DNA of 64,000 nucleotides, taken from an uncultured Gemmatimonadales bacterium. GTDB taxonomy: Bacteria; Gemmatimonadota; Gemmatimonadetes; Gemmatimonadales; GWC2-71-9. The position numbers were made by a program, and so were the translations under genes. Shown here piece after piece: positions 1 to 9,439 of this stretch. Where the stretch lies: NCBI GenBank assembly GCA_963836815.1, contig CAWILD010000012.1, positions 473,812 to 537,811 on the forward strand, written 5' to 3'. The notes beneath the pieces are model-generated. The model was not told where the DNA came from, did not search any database, and was given only the letters and a program-made list of their open reading frames with translations. Position 1 is the first letter of the stretch, and the number at the start of each line of letters is the position of its first letter.

Positions 1-447
1 GGCCAGGATGCCGAGATTCTGCTCGATCCGCCCCCGAACGGCGGGATCGCTCCCGCTGAGCTCGAGCGCCTCGAGGTAGCGGGCCCGCGCGTCGTCGATG
101 GCCCCGCTCTCGAAGGCGAACCCCGCGAGCACGTTGAGCGCCTCGCCGGCGAGGACCTCGTCCCGCATCACGCGCGCGATCTCGAGGCTGCGCTCGACCA
201 GCTCCTGCGCCGCCGGGCCCTCATTGCGATGGTGGTAGACCACGGCGAGGCGCCGGAGCGCCTCTGCCTCGGTCCGGTGCTCCCCTGCGGCGTTCGCGAG
301 CTCGGCCGCCTCCCGGTAGGCGCCGATCGCTTCGCCTACCTTGCCGTCGCGCTCGTGCCCCTTGGCCTCCTCCAATAACACGACCGCGCGGCGGACCGGA
401 GATTCCGGGCCCCGCCGCGCGGCCAGAGGGCTGCGCTCACCGCTCAC
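1..447 (-). CDS. TPR-repeat protein, N-terminal 149 codons (gene continues past the window start)
   Basis: Open minus-strand frame from GTG at 447 to position 1. It is absent from the ORF track because it is truncated. Translation VSGERSPLAARR..EAIGAYREAAELANAAGEHRTEAEALRRLAVVYHH..ARARYLEALELSG shows TPR-like repeats. GC3 is high. Confidence 0.45.
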   Translation of the reverse strand, partial: MSGERSPLAARRGPESPVRRAVVLLEEAKGHERDGKVGEAIGAYREAAELANAAGEHRTEAEALRRLAVVYHHRNEGPAAQELVERSLEIARVMRDEVLAGEALNVLAGFAFESGAIDDARARYLEALELSGSDPAVRGRIEQNLGILA

Positions 448-451
448 CCTG

Positions 452-1000
452 CTACCATGCGACAGCGTACCGGGAGAAGTGGCGCACGGTCCCGGTGACC
501 GTCTTGGCGTTGCGGTTGTCGAGCGATGGGAGCAGCTCCAGGATGCGGAGCAGCTCGTCGGTGTAGACCACGCGCTTGAGGAGGAGGAGCGGCGAGCAGT
601 TCGCGTAGCTGAGGCTGAGCAACGCGGGCCGCTCGAACTTGAGGCCTTCCGGCAGGAAGCGCACCGAGTTCACTCGTCCAGGGACCTGCTCCGCGGTTAT
701 CGTGACGGACGCCTTGAGCGCGCCGGCCGGTATGACCAGGCTATGGGTCCCGACGAGGATGACCCCGCCCTCTGGCCCGACGACCTGCGTCGTCCTCACC
801 AGCGGCTGAGTCGAGCAGGAGAGAAGCCGCAAGTCCTTCAACTGCGTGAGCAGACTCCCGCCAATGATGATTTCCGAAGGTGTTCCCACGGCCGGGGACG
901 ACACCGGCTCCATGGTGGATTCACTGCTGGTACAGCCGGCGCCAAACACGAGTACCACTCCCAGCAGTCCGGCGGCGATCCTGCGCGACCATGTAGCCAT
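452..1000 (-). CDS. hypothetical lipoprotein
   Basis: ORF 452..1198(-). I moved the start to ATG 1000, which gives MATWSRRIAAGLLGVVLVFGAGC (signal peptide plus lipobox). GC3 is high. Confidence 0.6.
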   Translation of the reverse strand: MATWSRRIAAGLLGVVLVFGAGCTSSESTMEPVSSPAVGTPSEIIIGGSLLTQLKDLRLLSCSTQPLVRTTQVVGPEGGVILVGTHSLVIPAGALKASVTITAEQVPGRVNSVRFLPEGLKFERPALLSLSYANCSPLLLLKRVVYTDELLRILELLPSLDNRNAKTVTGTVRHFSRYAVAW

Positions 1001-1549
1001 GTGGCACTCCCTTTGGCGGTTGACGGGTTGCGACGATACCGCGGCCCATGCTGTCAGGCCGCCGCCCCGGTCGAGGATCCATCTCGTCCGGGTCGGTACG
1101 CGGGACACTTCGACTTGGCGGGGAAATGGGCAAGGACTATGCCCTGGTCGTTTCATGTGCATCGTAATCATACAGTCAATTCCATTGCACAGATACACGC
1201 CGTTCTTACCTAATGTTTTAAGCTACATAGAGCTAAAATGCCGATGTACAGAGATGATACGGTATCCCATGGGGCTGGCGAAGCACACCTGTGGCAGACC
1301 GCGTGTGGGCCCCTCACCGCAGGCGTGCAGGAGTTTTCACTGCGCGGGGGCAGATCCTTGGCGCGAGGTTGAGCCACGCACGGGAAGCCGAGCAAGAACA
1401 TGGCGGCAGGCAGAAATCACTGGCATTCTACGGGGGTCACCGCGCGGTGGTCCCGATGCATTTGCGCTCCGGACAACGACTTGGCCTGGATCTCTTCTGG
1501 TATCCGAGTTGCCGAAGAATCCGGCCAATCCCCTCATGGAGACCAGCCG

Positions 1550-2311
1550 ATGCGCATCCCGCTATTGACAGCTCTTACCGCTCTCGGTGTGTCCGGTGTC
1601 CTCAGCGGTTGCAGCGACTCCAACATGGGCGAAGTCTCGCTTCAGCTCGCGACCCGGCGCCCCACAATGATGAGCGCGGGAGCGCAGGCGTCGGTCGTAA
1701 CGGCGGCGGGGCAGCTGACCGTGTCGCTCGGCTCGGATGAGATCGTCTTCGACCAGATCCAGCTCGTGCTCCGGAAGATTCGACTCGACGGGGCGGCCAC
1801 CGCCTCCTGCCCGGAGGACGCGGAAGGCGACTCGCAGTGCGCCGAGCTCCGCCTCGGGCCCGTCCTCTTCGACCTGCCGCTGGATGCCGAGGCCGCACCG
1901 ACCTTTACCGCGCTCGTTCCCGTCGGCACCTATGACGGGTTCAAGTTCCAGCTCCACAAGCCTTCGAACGCGAACACGGACGCAGACCTGGTGGCGGAGC
2001 ACCCGGAGATGGAAGACATCAGCATCCGGGCGGTCGGCACCTACAATGGAACGCCCTTCACCTTCTCGAGTGACCTGACCGACGTCGAGGAGGTCACGCT
2101 AGCCGAGGCGGTGGAGGTCGCAGAGGAGGGCGAACTCCCGCTCACCCTCTTCGTCGACGCTTCGGGCTGGTTCGCGAACGCTTCCGGGACTGGGCTGATC
2201 GACCCGGCCCAGGCGAACGACGGCGCGAGCTACGAGTCCGAGGTGGAGCAGAGCATCAGGGAAAGCTTCCGCGCTTTCCGCGACGGGAATGCGGACGGCG
2301 CCGCGGACTGA
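1550..2311 (+). CDS. hypothetical lipoprotein (DUF4382-like, family name tentative)
   Basis: ORF 1400..2311(+). I moved the start to ATG 1550, which gives MRIPLLTALTALGVSGVLSGC (lipobox). The body (..LFDLPLD..VPVGTYDGFKFQL..) resembles DUF4382 lipoproteins. Confidence 0.55.
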   Translation: MRIPLLTALTALGVSGVLSGCSDSNMGEVSLQLATRRPTMMSAGAQASVVTAAGQLTVSLGSDEIVFDQIQLVLRKIRLDGAATASCPEDAEGDSQCAELRLGPVLFDLPLDAEAAPTFTALVPVGTYDGFKFQLHKPSNANTDADLVAEHPEMEDISIRAVGTYNGTPFTFSSDLTDVEEVTLAEAVEVAEEGELPLTLFVDASGWFANASGTGLIDPAQANDGASYESEVEQSIRESFRAFRDGNADGAAD

Positions 2312-2336
2312 GGTGAAATCGAAATTCGAAGAGCGA

Positions 2337-2369
2337 ACCGCCCGGCGCGAGCCGGGCGGTCTGCTTTTC
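2337..2369 (+). terminator. rho-independent terminator after the 1550..2311 gene
   Basis: Perfect 10-bp GC stem ACCGCCCGGC / GCCGGGCGGT with loop GCGA, followed by CTGCTTTTC. It lies 26 nt after the stop. Confidence 0.6.
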
Positions 2370-2467
2370 GGCCATGGGGACATGAATCCGGGCTCGGAAG
2401 CTCGTGCGTACCACTATCGGTTCACGAGACCGTATTCACTTCCGACCAGAAGGTGAGAGACATTCCC

Positions 2468-3397
2468 ATGCCGCGTTTCCCTTGGGCGGTAGTCGTGCCC
2501 GGACTGATCGCCTGTTCCGACTCGACCCCTACCGATGCGCCGCTTTCGACCGGCGACCCGATCCACACCGAAGCACCGAGCTTCGCTCCTCCGGCGGCCC
2601 CGGGTGCCGCATCGTCACCAGGTGAGACCATCTTCGGCATTGACGCCGATAACAACCTGCTCAGTTTCGGCGCCAATCGCCCGGGCCAGGTTACCATGCG
2701 GACGCCGGTGACCGGCCTGGCGCCCGGCGAGCGCATCGTCGGAATCGACTTCCGGCCGAGCGACCTGAACGCTGACGCGGTGGTGGACGTCGGGAAGCTG
2801 TACGGGGTAGGCACGAGCGGAGCGGTGTATCAGATCGACCCCGCGACCGGCGCCGCCTCCGGGCGCTTCGCGCTCACCGATGCCACCGGAGCGCCGGTGG
2901 CGCTCAACGGCACCCAGTTCGGCATCGGCTTCAACCCCACGGTGGATCGCCTGCGCATTCACAGCGACGCGGAGCAGAATGCCGCGGTGAACGTGGACAA
3001 CGGCGTGACCGCGGTAAACACCGCGCTGGCCTATGCGGCCGGTGACCCGGGCTTCGGCAGCGACCCGCAGATCGTCGGCACCGCTTACACCAACAACGAC
3101 AACGACCCGGCGACGGCCACCGAGCTGTTCGCCTTCGACGCCGCCCGCGACGCCCTGGTGCGGCTGGCCGTGCCGGCCGACGGTCAGCTCCGCACCATCG
3201 GCGGGCTCGGCGTGGATACCGGTGGCCCCGTCGGCTTCGACATCGCCGGCAGCGGCAACACCGCCTACGCTGCGCTCACCGGCGCGCCATCCGGGCGCTC
3301 CCGTCTCTACCGCATCGACCTCGCCACCGGCAACGCGACCCTGGTCGGGAATATCAGCGGGTCTGCCGCGGTGGTCGGGCTGGCCGTCGCGCCCTGA
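2468..3397 (+). CDS. DUF4394 domain lipoprotein
   Basis: ORF 2453..3397(+). ATG 2468 is preceded by GGTGAGAG. Lipobox LIAC. Motifs GIDFRP, LYGVG and GIGFNPTVDRLR are typical of DUF4394. Confidence 0.7.
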   Translation: MPRFPWAVVVPGLIACSDSTPTDAPLSTGDPIHTEAPSFAPPAAPGAASSPGETIFGIDADNNLLSFGANRPGQVTMRTPVTGLAPGERIVGIDFRPSDLNADAVVDVGKLYGVGTSGAVYQIDPATGAASGRFALTDATGAPVALNGTQFGIGFNPTVDRLRIHSDAEQNAAVNVDNGVTAVNTALAYAAGDPGFGSDPQIVGTAYTNNDNDPATATELFAFDAARDALVRLAVPADGQLRTIGGLGVDTGGPVGFDIAGSGNTAYAALTGAPSGRSRLYRIDLATGNATLVGNISGSAAVVGLAVAP

Positions 3398-3749
3398 TGC
3401 CACGGAACACCCACCAGTAGATCGCGACGTTCAGTCCGATCACGAGACTGCCGAGCGCCAGCTGTACCCCCCGGGTGAGCCCCGAGGGGTACAGCACCGG
3501 CAGGAGGTAGTGCTCGATGAAGCCCCCTTGATACCCGGCCTCGCCCGCCCGCGCCCGGAGTGACTTTTCCAGTGGGGTGAGCGGGCAGATCCACCCACGG
3601 AACTCGATCAGCGCTCCCCAGACCGCGGCGGGCAGGTGGACCCAAACGAGGGCGGGCCACCGCACCAGCAGCAGCCCGCCCAGGACCACGAAGAGGACGA
3701 AGAGAAAGTGGAGACCGACAACGGCGTCGGCGAGGAGGCTGTATCTCAT
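3354..3749 (-). CDS. DUF2784-like small membrane protein
   Basis: ORF 3354..3761(-), likely start ATG 3749. Hydrophobic helices (LHFLFVLFVVLGGLLLV, WGALIEFRGWICPLT). The 3' end overlaps the convergent DUF4394 gene by 44 nt. Confidence 0.6.
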   Translation of the reverse strand: MRYSLLADAVVGLHFLFVLFVVLGGLLLVRWPALVWVHLPAAVWGALIEFRGWICPLTPLEKSLRARAGEAGYQGGFIEHYLLPVLYPSGLTRGVQLALGSLVIGLNVAIYWWVFRGIRARRPARPPRQTR

Positions 3750-3762
3750 TGCACTCGGCACT

Positions 3763-3830
3763 TGTCACCCTGAGCGCAGCGAAGGGGGCATGCCTTGGGT
3801 TATGCCCCCTTCACTGCGCTCAGGGTGACA
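3763..3830. repeat. REP-like palindromic element, copy 1
   Basis: 29-nt arms TGTCACCCTGAGCGCAGCGAAGGGGGCAT and ATGCCCCCTTCACTGCGCTCAGGGTGACA (28/29 complementary) around a 10-nt loop. A near-identical copy lies at 27885..27952. Confidence 0.85.
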
Positions 3831-3839
3831 ATAAGGCCC

Positions 3840-5903
3840 TCACCCGACCCCGGCGTGCTCCCGCTGTTCCTTGCCTTCCTTCTGATTCTCCGCGGCCACC
3901 TTCGCCGCCACCTCCGGCGGCGCCTCGGCGTAGCCGTGGAATCGCTGCCGGTGAGTGCCACGGCCGTGCGTGATCGAATGCAGCGTGGTCGAGTACTTGT
4001 AGAGCTCGGCCTCGGGCAGGATCGCCCGGACCTTGGTGAGCCGCCCGTCCGCCTCGGTGCCGAGGATCTGACCTCGACGCGAGCTGAGATCGCCCATCAC
4101 GTCACCCAGCAGGTCGTCGGGCGTCCAGACCTCCAGGTCCACCAGCGGCTCGAGCAGGATCGGGCGGCATTTCGGTGCCACGTTCCTGAAGGCGAGGATG
4201 CCCGCCATCTTGAACGACATCTCGTTCGAGTCCACGTCGTGGTACGACCCGTCGAAGCACTCCGCCTTGAAGTCCACCAGCGGATAGCCCGCGACGACGC
4301 CTCGCTCCGCCGCCTCCTGAATGCCCTTGTCCACCGCGGGGATGTACTTGTTCGGAATCACGCCGCCCACGATGTCGTCCACGAATTCGTATCCGCTGCC
4401 GCGCGGAAGGGGCGAGATCCGCACCCAGCAGTCGCCGTATTGTCCCCGGCCGCCGGTCTGCTTCTTGTGCTTGCCCTGCCCTTCGGCTTTGCCCTTGAGC
4501 GTCTCGCGGTACGCCACCCGGGGCCGGGCGAGCTCGGCGTGGACGCCGAACTTCCGCTCGAGCCGGTTGAGGATGGTCTCGAAGTGGCGCTCGCCCATTC
4601 CATGGATCAGCGTCTGTCCCAGCTCCGAGCTGTACTCGAAGTGGAAGGTCGGATCCTCCTCGTGCAGCTTGTGCAGACCGGCCGCCAGCTTGTCCTCCTC
4701 GCCGCGCTGCTTCACCACGACGGCGGACGTAGCCACCGATTCCGGCAGGGGGAGCGGCGGCAGCCGCACCGGCTGTTCGCGGAGGCAGAAGGTGTCGCCC
4801 GTGTGCGTGTCGCGGAGCTTGGCCACCGAGCCGATGTCGCCGGCGTTCAGGCGCTCCACCTCCAGCCGCTCCTTGCCCTGCTGGATGGAGAGATGGCCGA
4901 GCTTCTCCGCCGTCTCGTGCTCGGCGTTCCACACCTCGCCGCCGTTGCGGAGCTCGCCGTTGTACAGCCGGAACAAGGTGACGTCCCCGACGTGCGCCTC
5001 GGAGAGCGTCTTGAACACCCGGCCGACCAGCGGCGCCTCCACCGGGGGCGCGAGCTCCGCGGGCGAGGGGAAGAGCTCGACCATCTTCTTGAGCAGCGTG
5101 CGCAGCCCGTAGGTGAGCGTCGCGCTGCCGCAGAAGAGCGGAACGATCTGCCCGGCCAGCATGGCTTTCTTGACCGCGCCGATGAACTGCTCGCGCGGCA
5201 GCTCCTCGCCGCCGAGGTAGCGTTCGATCAGCTCGTCGTCGGTCGAGGCCACGGCCTCGATCAATTGCTCGTTGTATTCCCGGTAGCGCTGCTCGTACTC
5301 GGGCGGGATCGGCACGACCTCGTACTCGCTCTTGGCCGTGCCCTTCTTGTAGAAGTGGCAGTGCCCGGAGAAGAGGTTGATGATGCCGTGAAAGTCGGGC
5401 CCGTCGCCGACCGGTACCTCCACCGGCACCACTTTCGGTGTGAGGTGGGTCTTCACGTCCTGGAAGACCCGCTCGAAGTCCGCGTGCTCCTTGTCCATCA
5501 TCGACACGAAGAGCATTCGTGGCAGGTGCAGCTGGTCGCAGACTTCCCAGACCTTTTCGGTCCCCACCTCGACCCCGCTGGTCCCGCTCAGCACGACGAC
5601 GGCCCCATCGGCCGCGTGCAGACCGGTGACCACTTCGCCGAAGTAGTCGAGGTACCCCGGGGTGTCGATGAGATTGATCTTGGTGTCGAGCCACTCGGCG
5701 TAGCCGAGGGCGAGATTGATCGAGTGCTTGCGATCGATTTCGTCGGGAGAGTAGTCGGTGAGCGTGGTGCCGTCTTTGATGGTGCCGTGCCGGCGGCTGC
5801 TGCCGGACACCCAGGCGAGTGCGTCCACGAGGGACGTCTTGCCGCTGGCCCCATGGCCGACGAACGCCACATTCCGGATGGCGTTGGAGCCATAGACCTT
5901 CAT
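3840..5903 (-). CDS. elongation factor G paralog (EF-G2-like, degenerate G3/G4 motifs)
   Basis: ORF 3840..5912(-). ATG 5903 lies 8 nt after AAGGAGG. P-loop GHGASGKTS. EF-G domain IV/V signatures HKKQTGGRGQYGD and GSYHDVDSNEMSFK. There is no str-operon context. Confidence 0.9.
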   Translation of the reverse strand: MKVYGSNAIRNVAFVGHGASGKTSLVDALAWVSGSSRRHGTIKDGTTLTDYSPDEIDRKHSINLALGYAEWLDTKINLIDTPGYLDYFGEVVTGLHAADGAVVVLSGTSGVEVGTEKVWEVCDQLHLPRMLFVSMMDKEHADFERVFQDVKTHLTPKVVPVEVPVGDGPDFHGIINLFSGHCHFYKKGTAKSEYEVVPIPPEYEQRYREYNEQLIEAVASTDDELIERYLGGEELPREQFIGAVKKAMLAGQIVPLFCGSATLTYGLRTLLKKMVELFPSPAELAPPVEAPLVGRVFKTLSEAHVGDVTLFRLYNGELRNGGEVWNAEHETAEKLGHLSIQQGKERLEVERLNAGDIGSVAKLRDTHTGDTFCLREQPVRLPPLPLPESVATSAVVVKQRGEEDKLAAGLHKLHEEDPTFHFEYSSELGQTLIHGMGERHFETILNRLERKFGVHAELARPRVAYRETLKGKAEGQGKHKKQTGGRGQYGDCWVRISPLPRGSGYEFVDDIVGGVIPNKYIPAVDKGIQEAAERGVVAGYPLVDFKAECFDGSYHDVDSNEMSFKMAGILAFRNVAPKCRPILLEPLVDLEVWTPDDLLGDVMGDLSSRRGQILGTEADGRLTKVRAILPEAELYKYSTTLHSITHGRGTHRQRFHGYAEAPPEVAAKVAAENQKEGKEQREHAGVG

Positions 5904-5972
5904 GGCCTCCACCTCCTTGGATGAATGGGATTTCCAAGGTGAAGGCCGGGCGGCCGGATGTCAAATACGCCT

Positions 5973-6475
5973 TTAGTGCGCCTCGCGCCCCGTCTTTCGC
6001 TCGATCAGGATCGCGCTCGCCAGCTGCAGCACCGGCACGCCGAGCATCACCGCGGGCTCGTCCGCCGCAATCGCGACCCCCAGGCCCACCCCGCCGATCG
6101 CCAGCGAGGCGAGCAGTGATGGCAGCAGGTTGCCACGCCCGCGGTTGGAGAGATGGACCCCGAGCGGGATGCCGCTGCTCACGCCGGCCACGAGGCCGTA
6201 GACGCCCCCGATAATGGCGCAATCCTCACAGTCGTCCTCGAGAAGCATGGCACCGGAGTACATGCCGGCGAACCCCGCGGCGGCTCCGCCGAGCAGGCCT
6301 CCGCCGATGAGCCAGCTCTCGTCAACCTGGTTCGGCGCGGTTCCGGGATCGCCAATGGCTGGGCGCCGTCAGACGTGTCGCCTATAGAAGGAAAGGGAGA
6401 GCCTTCGATACGCTGGGCCGGCAGGCTGGAGGCCCAGCCGAAGGTGAGGAGGATGGCCACTAGCGTCGTTCGCAT
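5973..6475 (-). CDS. small secreted/membrane Gly-rich protein (one apparent frameshift)
   Basis: ATG 6475 lies 5 nt after GGAGG (plus-strand cctcc, 6481-6485). The signal peptide MRTTLVAILLTFGWASSLPAQ is in the frame of ORF 6179..6670(-). The Gly-zipper-like body GGGLLGGAAAGFAGMYSGAM..IGGVGLGVAIAA is in the frame of ORF 5973..6263(-). The two frames join if one base is restored near 6355-6360. Confidence 0.45.
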
Positions 6476-6572
6476 CGTCGCCTCCGCGGGGGTGGTTAAC
6501 CACTTGACCCGCAAGAAGCTGACGGAAGCCCGTGACCTCGGTGTGCGCCGACTCGTGACTTGAAAGTAGTAG

Positions 6573-8470
6573 CTATCTATACCCCGCAGCCTGAAGCTGG
6601 AACAGCTCGGCGTACAGCCCGCCCTGGTCCACCAGCGCCTCGTGGGTGCCCTGCTCCACCAGCTCGCCACCCCGCAGCACGAGGATCCGATCGGCCATCC
6701 GCACCGTGGAGAACCGATGCGAGATCAGCACCGCCATCCGGCCGGCGGTGAGCTCCGCGAACCGGAGGAACACCTCGTACTCCGCCCTGGCATCGAGCGC
6801 CGCGGTCGGCTCGTCGAGAATCAGCAGCTGGGCGTCACGCATGTACGCGCGCGCCAGCGCGACCTTCTGCCACTCGCCGCCCGAGAGATCCATCCCGCCC
6901 TCGAATCGCTTGCCCAGCATCTGCTCGTAGCGCCCTGGGAGGCGCGCCGCGACCGTGTCGGCCAGGCTGCGCTGCGCGGCCGACTCGATCAGCGGCTCGT
7001 TCGCCACCCGTTCGATGTCTCCCACCGCGATGTTCTCACGCAGGAGAAAATCGTAGCGCACGAAGTCCTGGAAGATCACGCCCACGTTCCGCCGGAGGTC
7101 ATCGAGGTCGTAGTCGCGCAGGTCCACGCCATCCAGCAGGATCCGGCCTTCGGTCGGGTCGTAGAGCCGGGCGAGCAGCTTGACCAGCGTCGTCTTTCCG
7201 GCGCCGTTCTCACCCACCAGCGCGAGGCGCTCGCCGGGCGCGAGCGTGAAGCTCAACCCTCGCACCGCCCAGGGCTCCGCGCCGGGATAGCGGAACCCGA
7301 CGTTCTCGAAGGTGAACCCGGTGCGGATCGGCACGGGAACGGGCGCGGCCGGCGCCGCGACGGATGGTCGGCTCCAGACCGAGAAAGCTGAACAGATCGT
7401 CGAGGTAGAGTGCCTGCTCGTAGATCTGCGACAGCGAGAGCAGCACCCGCTGGATGAGATCGCGGCTCTGGCGGAATGAGCCGGCGAGAAAGGTCAGCAC
7501 GCCGATGGTGAAGAGACCCGCGGGCGAGCGGTGGCCGATCACCGTGAGATAGATGATGACCGCGTAGGCGCCATAGTAACCCAGCGTCCCGACCACCGCG
7601 AGGAGGCTGGACACCACGCTGCGCCGGACCGAGAGCGACCGGTTGGCCTCGTAGAAGTCGTTCGACAGCCGGGCGTACCGTCCCACCAGGAAATCCGAGA
7701 GCCCGAAGAGCTTGAGCTCCTTGGCCGAGATGTCGCTGGCGCCGATGTACCGCAGGTAATCGAGCTGGCGCCGCTCGGGCGTCCAGGAGTAGAGCAGGGA
7801 GTAACCCAGCGAGGCGAAGTGGGTTTCCCCCAGCAGCGAGGGAAGCACCGCCACCACGAGGAGGAGGAGCAGCCAGGGGACGTAGACCGCCAGGGCCACG
7901 CTCAGGGTCACCAGGGTGATGATGTCCTGGATCGACCCGAGCAGCAGGGTGAACAGGCCGATGCGTCCGACCGTCTGCCGGCGGGCGCGCTCGAGCTTGT
8001 CGTAGATCTCGGCGTTCTCGAACTGCGCCAGATCGAGCGTGGCCGCGTGTCGCATGAGCTCCACGCTGGTGCGATTGGCGAAGAGGTCGCCCAGCAGGCT
8101 CTCGAGCAGCGCGGAGATCCGCGACAGCCCCTCACCGACCAGGGCGATCGCCAGCTCGACGCCGAGCAGCTCGGCGATGCGGAGCCACGGGATCGCGCGC
8201 GCCGCTGGCCGCCAGGCCCACCGCCAGGACCACTTCGTCCACGATGAGCTTGCCGATCCAGAGCACGCCGAGCGGCACAAGCGCCCGCAGGATCCGGAGG
8301 ACGAGGATGCCGACCACGTAGCGGGGCTCGGTTTCCCAGACCATCCGGAGCAGCCTTGGCAGGTGCCGCAGCGCCCGCAGCCGTTCGCGCCAGCTCGCGC
8401 TCGGCTCGCTCGCGCGTCCGCGGCCCAACCCCGGTGGCCGCACCACCGGATGCTGCAATGGCAGAGTCAT
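6573..8470 (-). CDS. ABC transporter, fused permease/ATP-binding protein (exporter type; two apparent frameshifts)
   Basis: Three ORF-track pieces lie in three frames:
- The N-terminus MTLPLQHP..GKLIVDEVVLAVGLAASGA is the tail of 8132..9244(-).
- The TM domain is 7210..8280(-).
- The NBD is 6573..7334(-), with GENGAGKT, LSGGEWQ and LLILDEPT.
Breaks lie near 8195-8210 and 7340-7375. Confidence 0.8.
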
Positions 8471-8503
8471 ACCGGGGAAGGTAACGGCGTTTATCTTCCG
8501 CCC

Positions 8504-9215
8504 ATGCAACCGCCAGTAACCGCGCTCGTCACCGGTGCCACCGAGGGCATCGGCCGCGCTACCGCTCTCGCCCTCGGCCGGGCCGGTTACCGGGTCGGCG
8601 TCTGCGCCCGCACGGCAGCGAAGGTCGAGAGGCTGCGGAAAGAGCTGCGGGACGCCGGCGTGGAGGCGGCAGGTGCTCCCGCGGATGTGTCCGATCCCGA
8701 GCCAGGTGAGCCGCGCGGTAGCGCACGTGGTGTCCGAGCTGGGCGAGATCGAGGTCCTCATCAACAACGCCGGCGTGCTCATCGCCCGTCCGTTCCAGGA
8801 GCTCACCCTGGAGGACTGGGACGCGACGATGGCGGTCAACCTGCGGGGCCTCTTCCTCGTGACCCAGGCGGTATTGCCCGGCATGCGGCTCCGCGGCCGG
8901 GGCACCATCGTCAACGTCTCGAGCCTCGCGGGTCGAAACGGATTCGCCGGCGGGACCGCGTACGCGGCATCGAAGCACGGCGTGCTCGGCTTCAGCCGGT
9001 CGCTGATGCTCGAGGTCCGCAAGGAGAACATCCGGGTCATTACGGTGTGCCCCGGGTCGGTGGACACCGGGATGCTTCGGGACCAGCCGATGCTCAAGTC
9101 CGATCCGGAGCGTATCCTGCGGCCGGAGGACGTCGCCGAGTCCATTCTGCACGCGGTCCGGACACCCCTTCGCGCCATGGTGAGTGAGCTGGACATCCGT
9201 CCCACGAATCCCTGA
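8504..9215 (+). CDS. SDR family oxidoreductase (one apparent frameshift)
   Basis: The N-terminus MQPPVTALVTGATEGIGRA (TGxxxGIG) is in the frame of ORF 8039..9187. The remainder (NNAG, YAASK) is in ORF 8535..9215. The break at about 8700 is repaired by removing one C (gagCCag). Confidence 0.8.
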
Positions 9216-9224
9216 CGAGGCTCC

Positions 9225-9437
9225 GTGTCCGGAGTCGAGATCACACGGTGCCTCTGTCGCGGCGTCTCCTTCGCCGAGCTGCTGCCGCGGGTGCAGGCGA
9301 ACGGTTGGGACCTGGCCGCCCTGATGCGGGAGACCGGGTGTGGAGCGGGCTGCGGACTATGCCGGCCTTATCTGCGCCGGATGCTCGTCACGGGAGAGAC
9401 GGTATTTCGCGAGTTGCTCTGGGAGGAAACGCCATAG
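9225..9437 (+). CDS. BFD-like [2Fe-2S]-binding domain protein
   Basis: 70-aa ORF with Cys pattern RCLC...GCGAGCGLC (CxC..CxxC), characteristic of the bacterioferritin-associated ferredoxin domain. It stops 2 nt before the kinase start. Confidence 0.7.
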   Translation: MSGVEITRCLCRGVSFAELLPRVQANGWDLAALMRETGCGAGCGLCRPYLRRMLVTGETVFRELLWEETP

Positions 9438-9439
9438 AG

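Noticed and set aside
1370-1460. A GEMM-I (c-di-GMP) riboswitch-like start CACGCACGGGAAGCC in the 550-bp divergent region between two lipoprotein genes.
   Set aside because: Only the first about 12 nt resemble the Vc2-type motif. The conserved ACGCAAAGC and tetraloop-receptor elements are absent.
3354-3397. 3'-end overlaps of convergent genes (3354-3397, 28911-28942, 31793-31796, 55423-55426) as possible antisense regulation.
   Set aside because: The overlaps are short and involve poorly conserved C-terminal tails. They may simply reflect undetected indels shifting the true stop. There is no independent support.
3795-6222. Very long ORFs antisense to or overlapping the EF-G paralog (3795..5924 +, 709 aa; 4102..6222 -, 706 aa). 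Similar cases lie over copA (17123..18730 -), polA (62007..63815 +), the TonB receptor (11104..12633 -), rnd (54176..55498 -) and the MMPL gene (59125..61638 +, 59027..60376 -).
   Set aside because: Their translations are Arg/Pro/Gly/Ala-rich and low in complexity, with no motifs. They are the expected stop-codon-poor alternative frames of high-GC coding DNA. The overlapping frame carries unmistakable family motifs.
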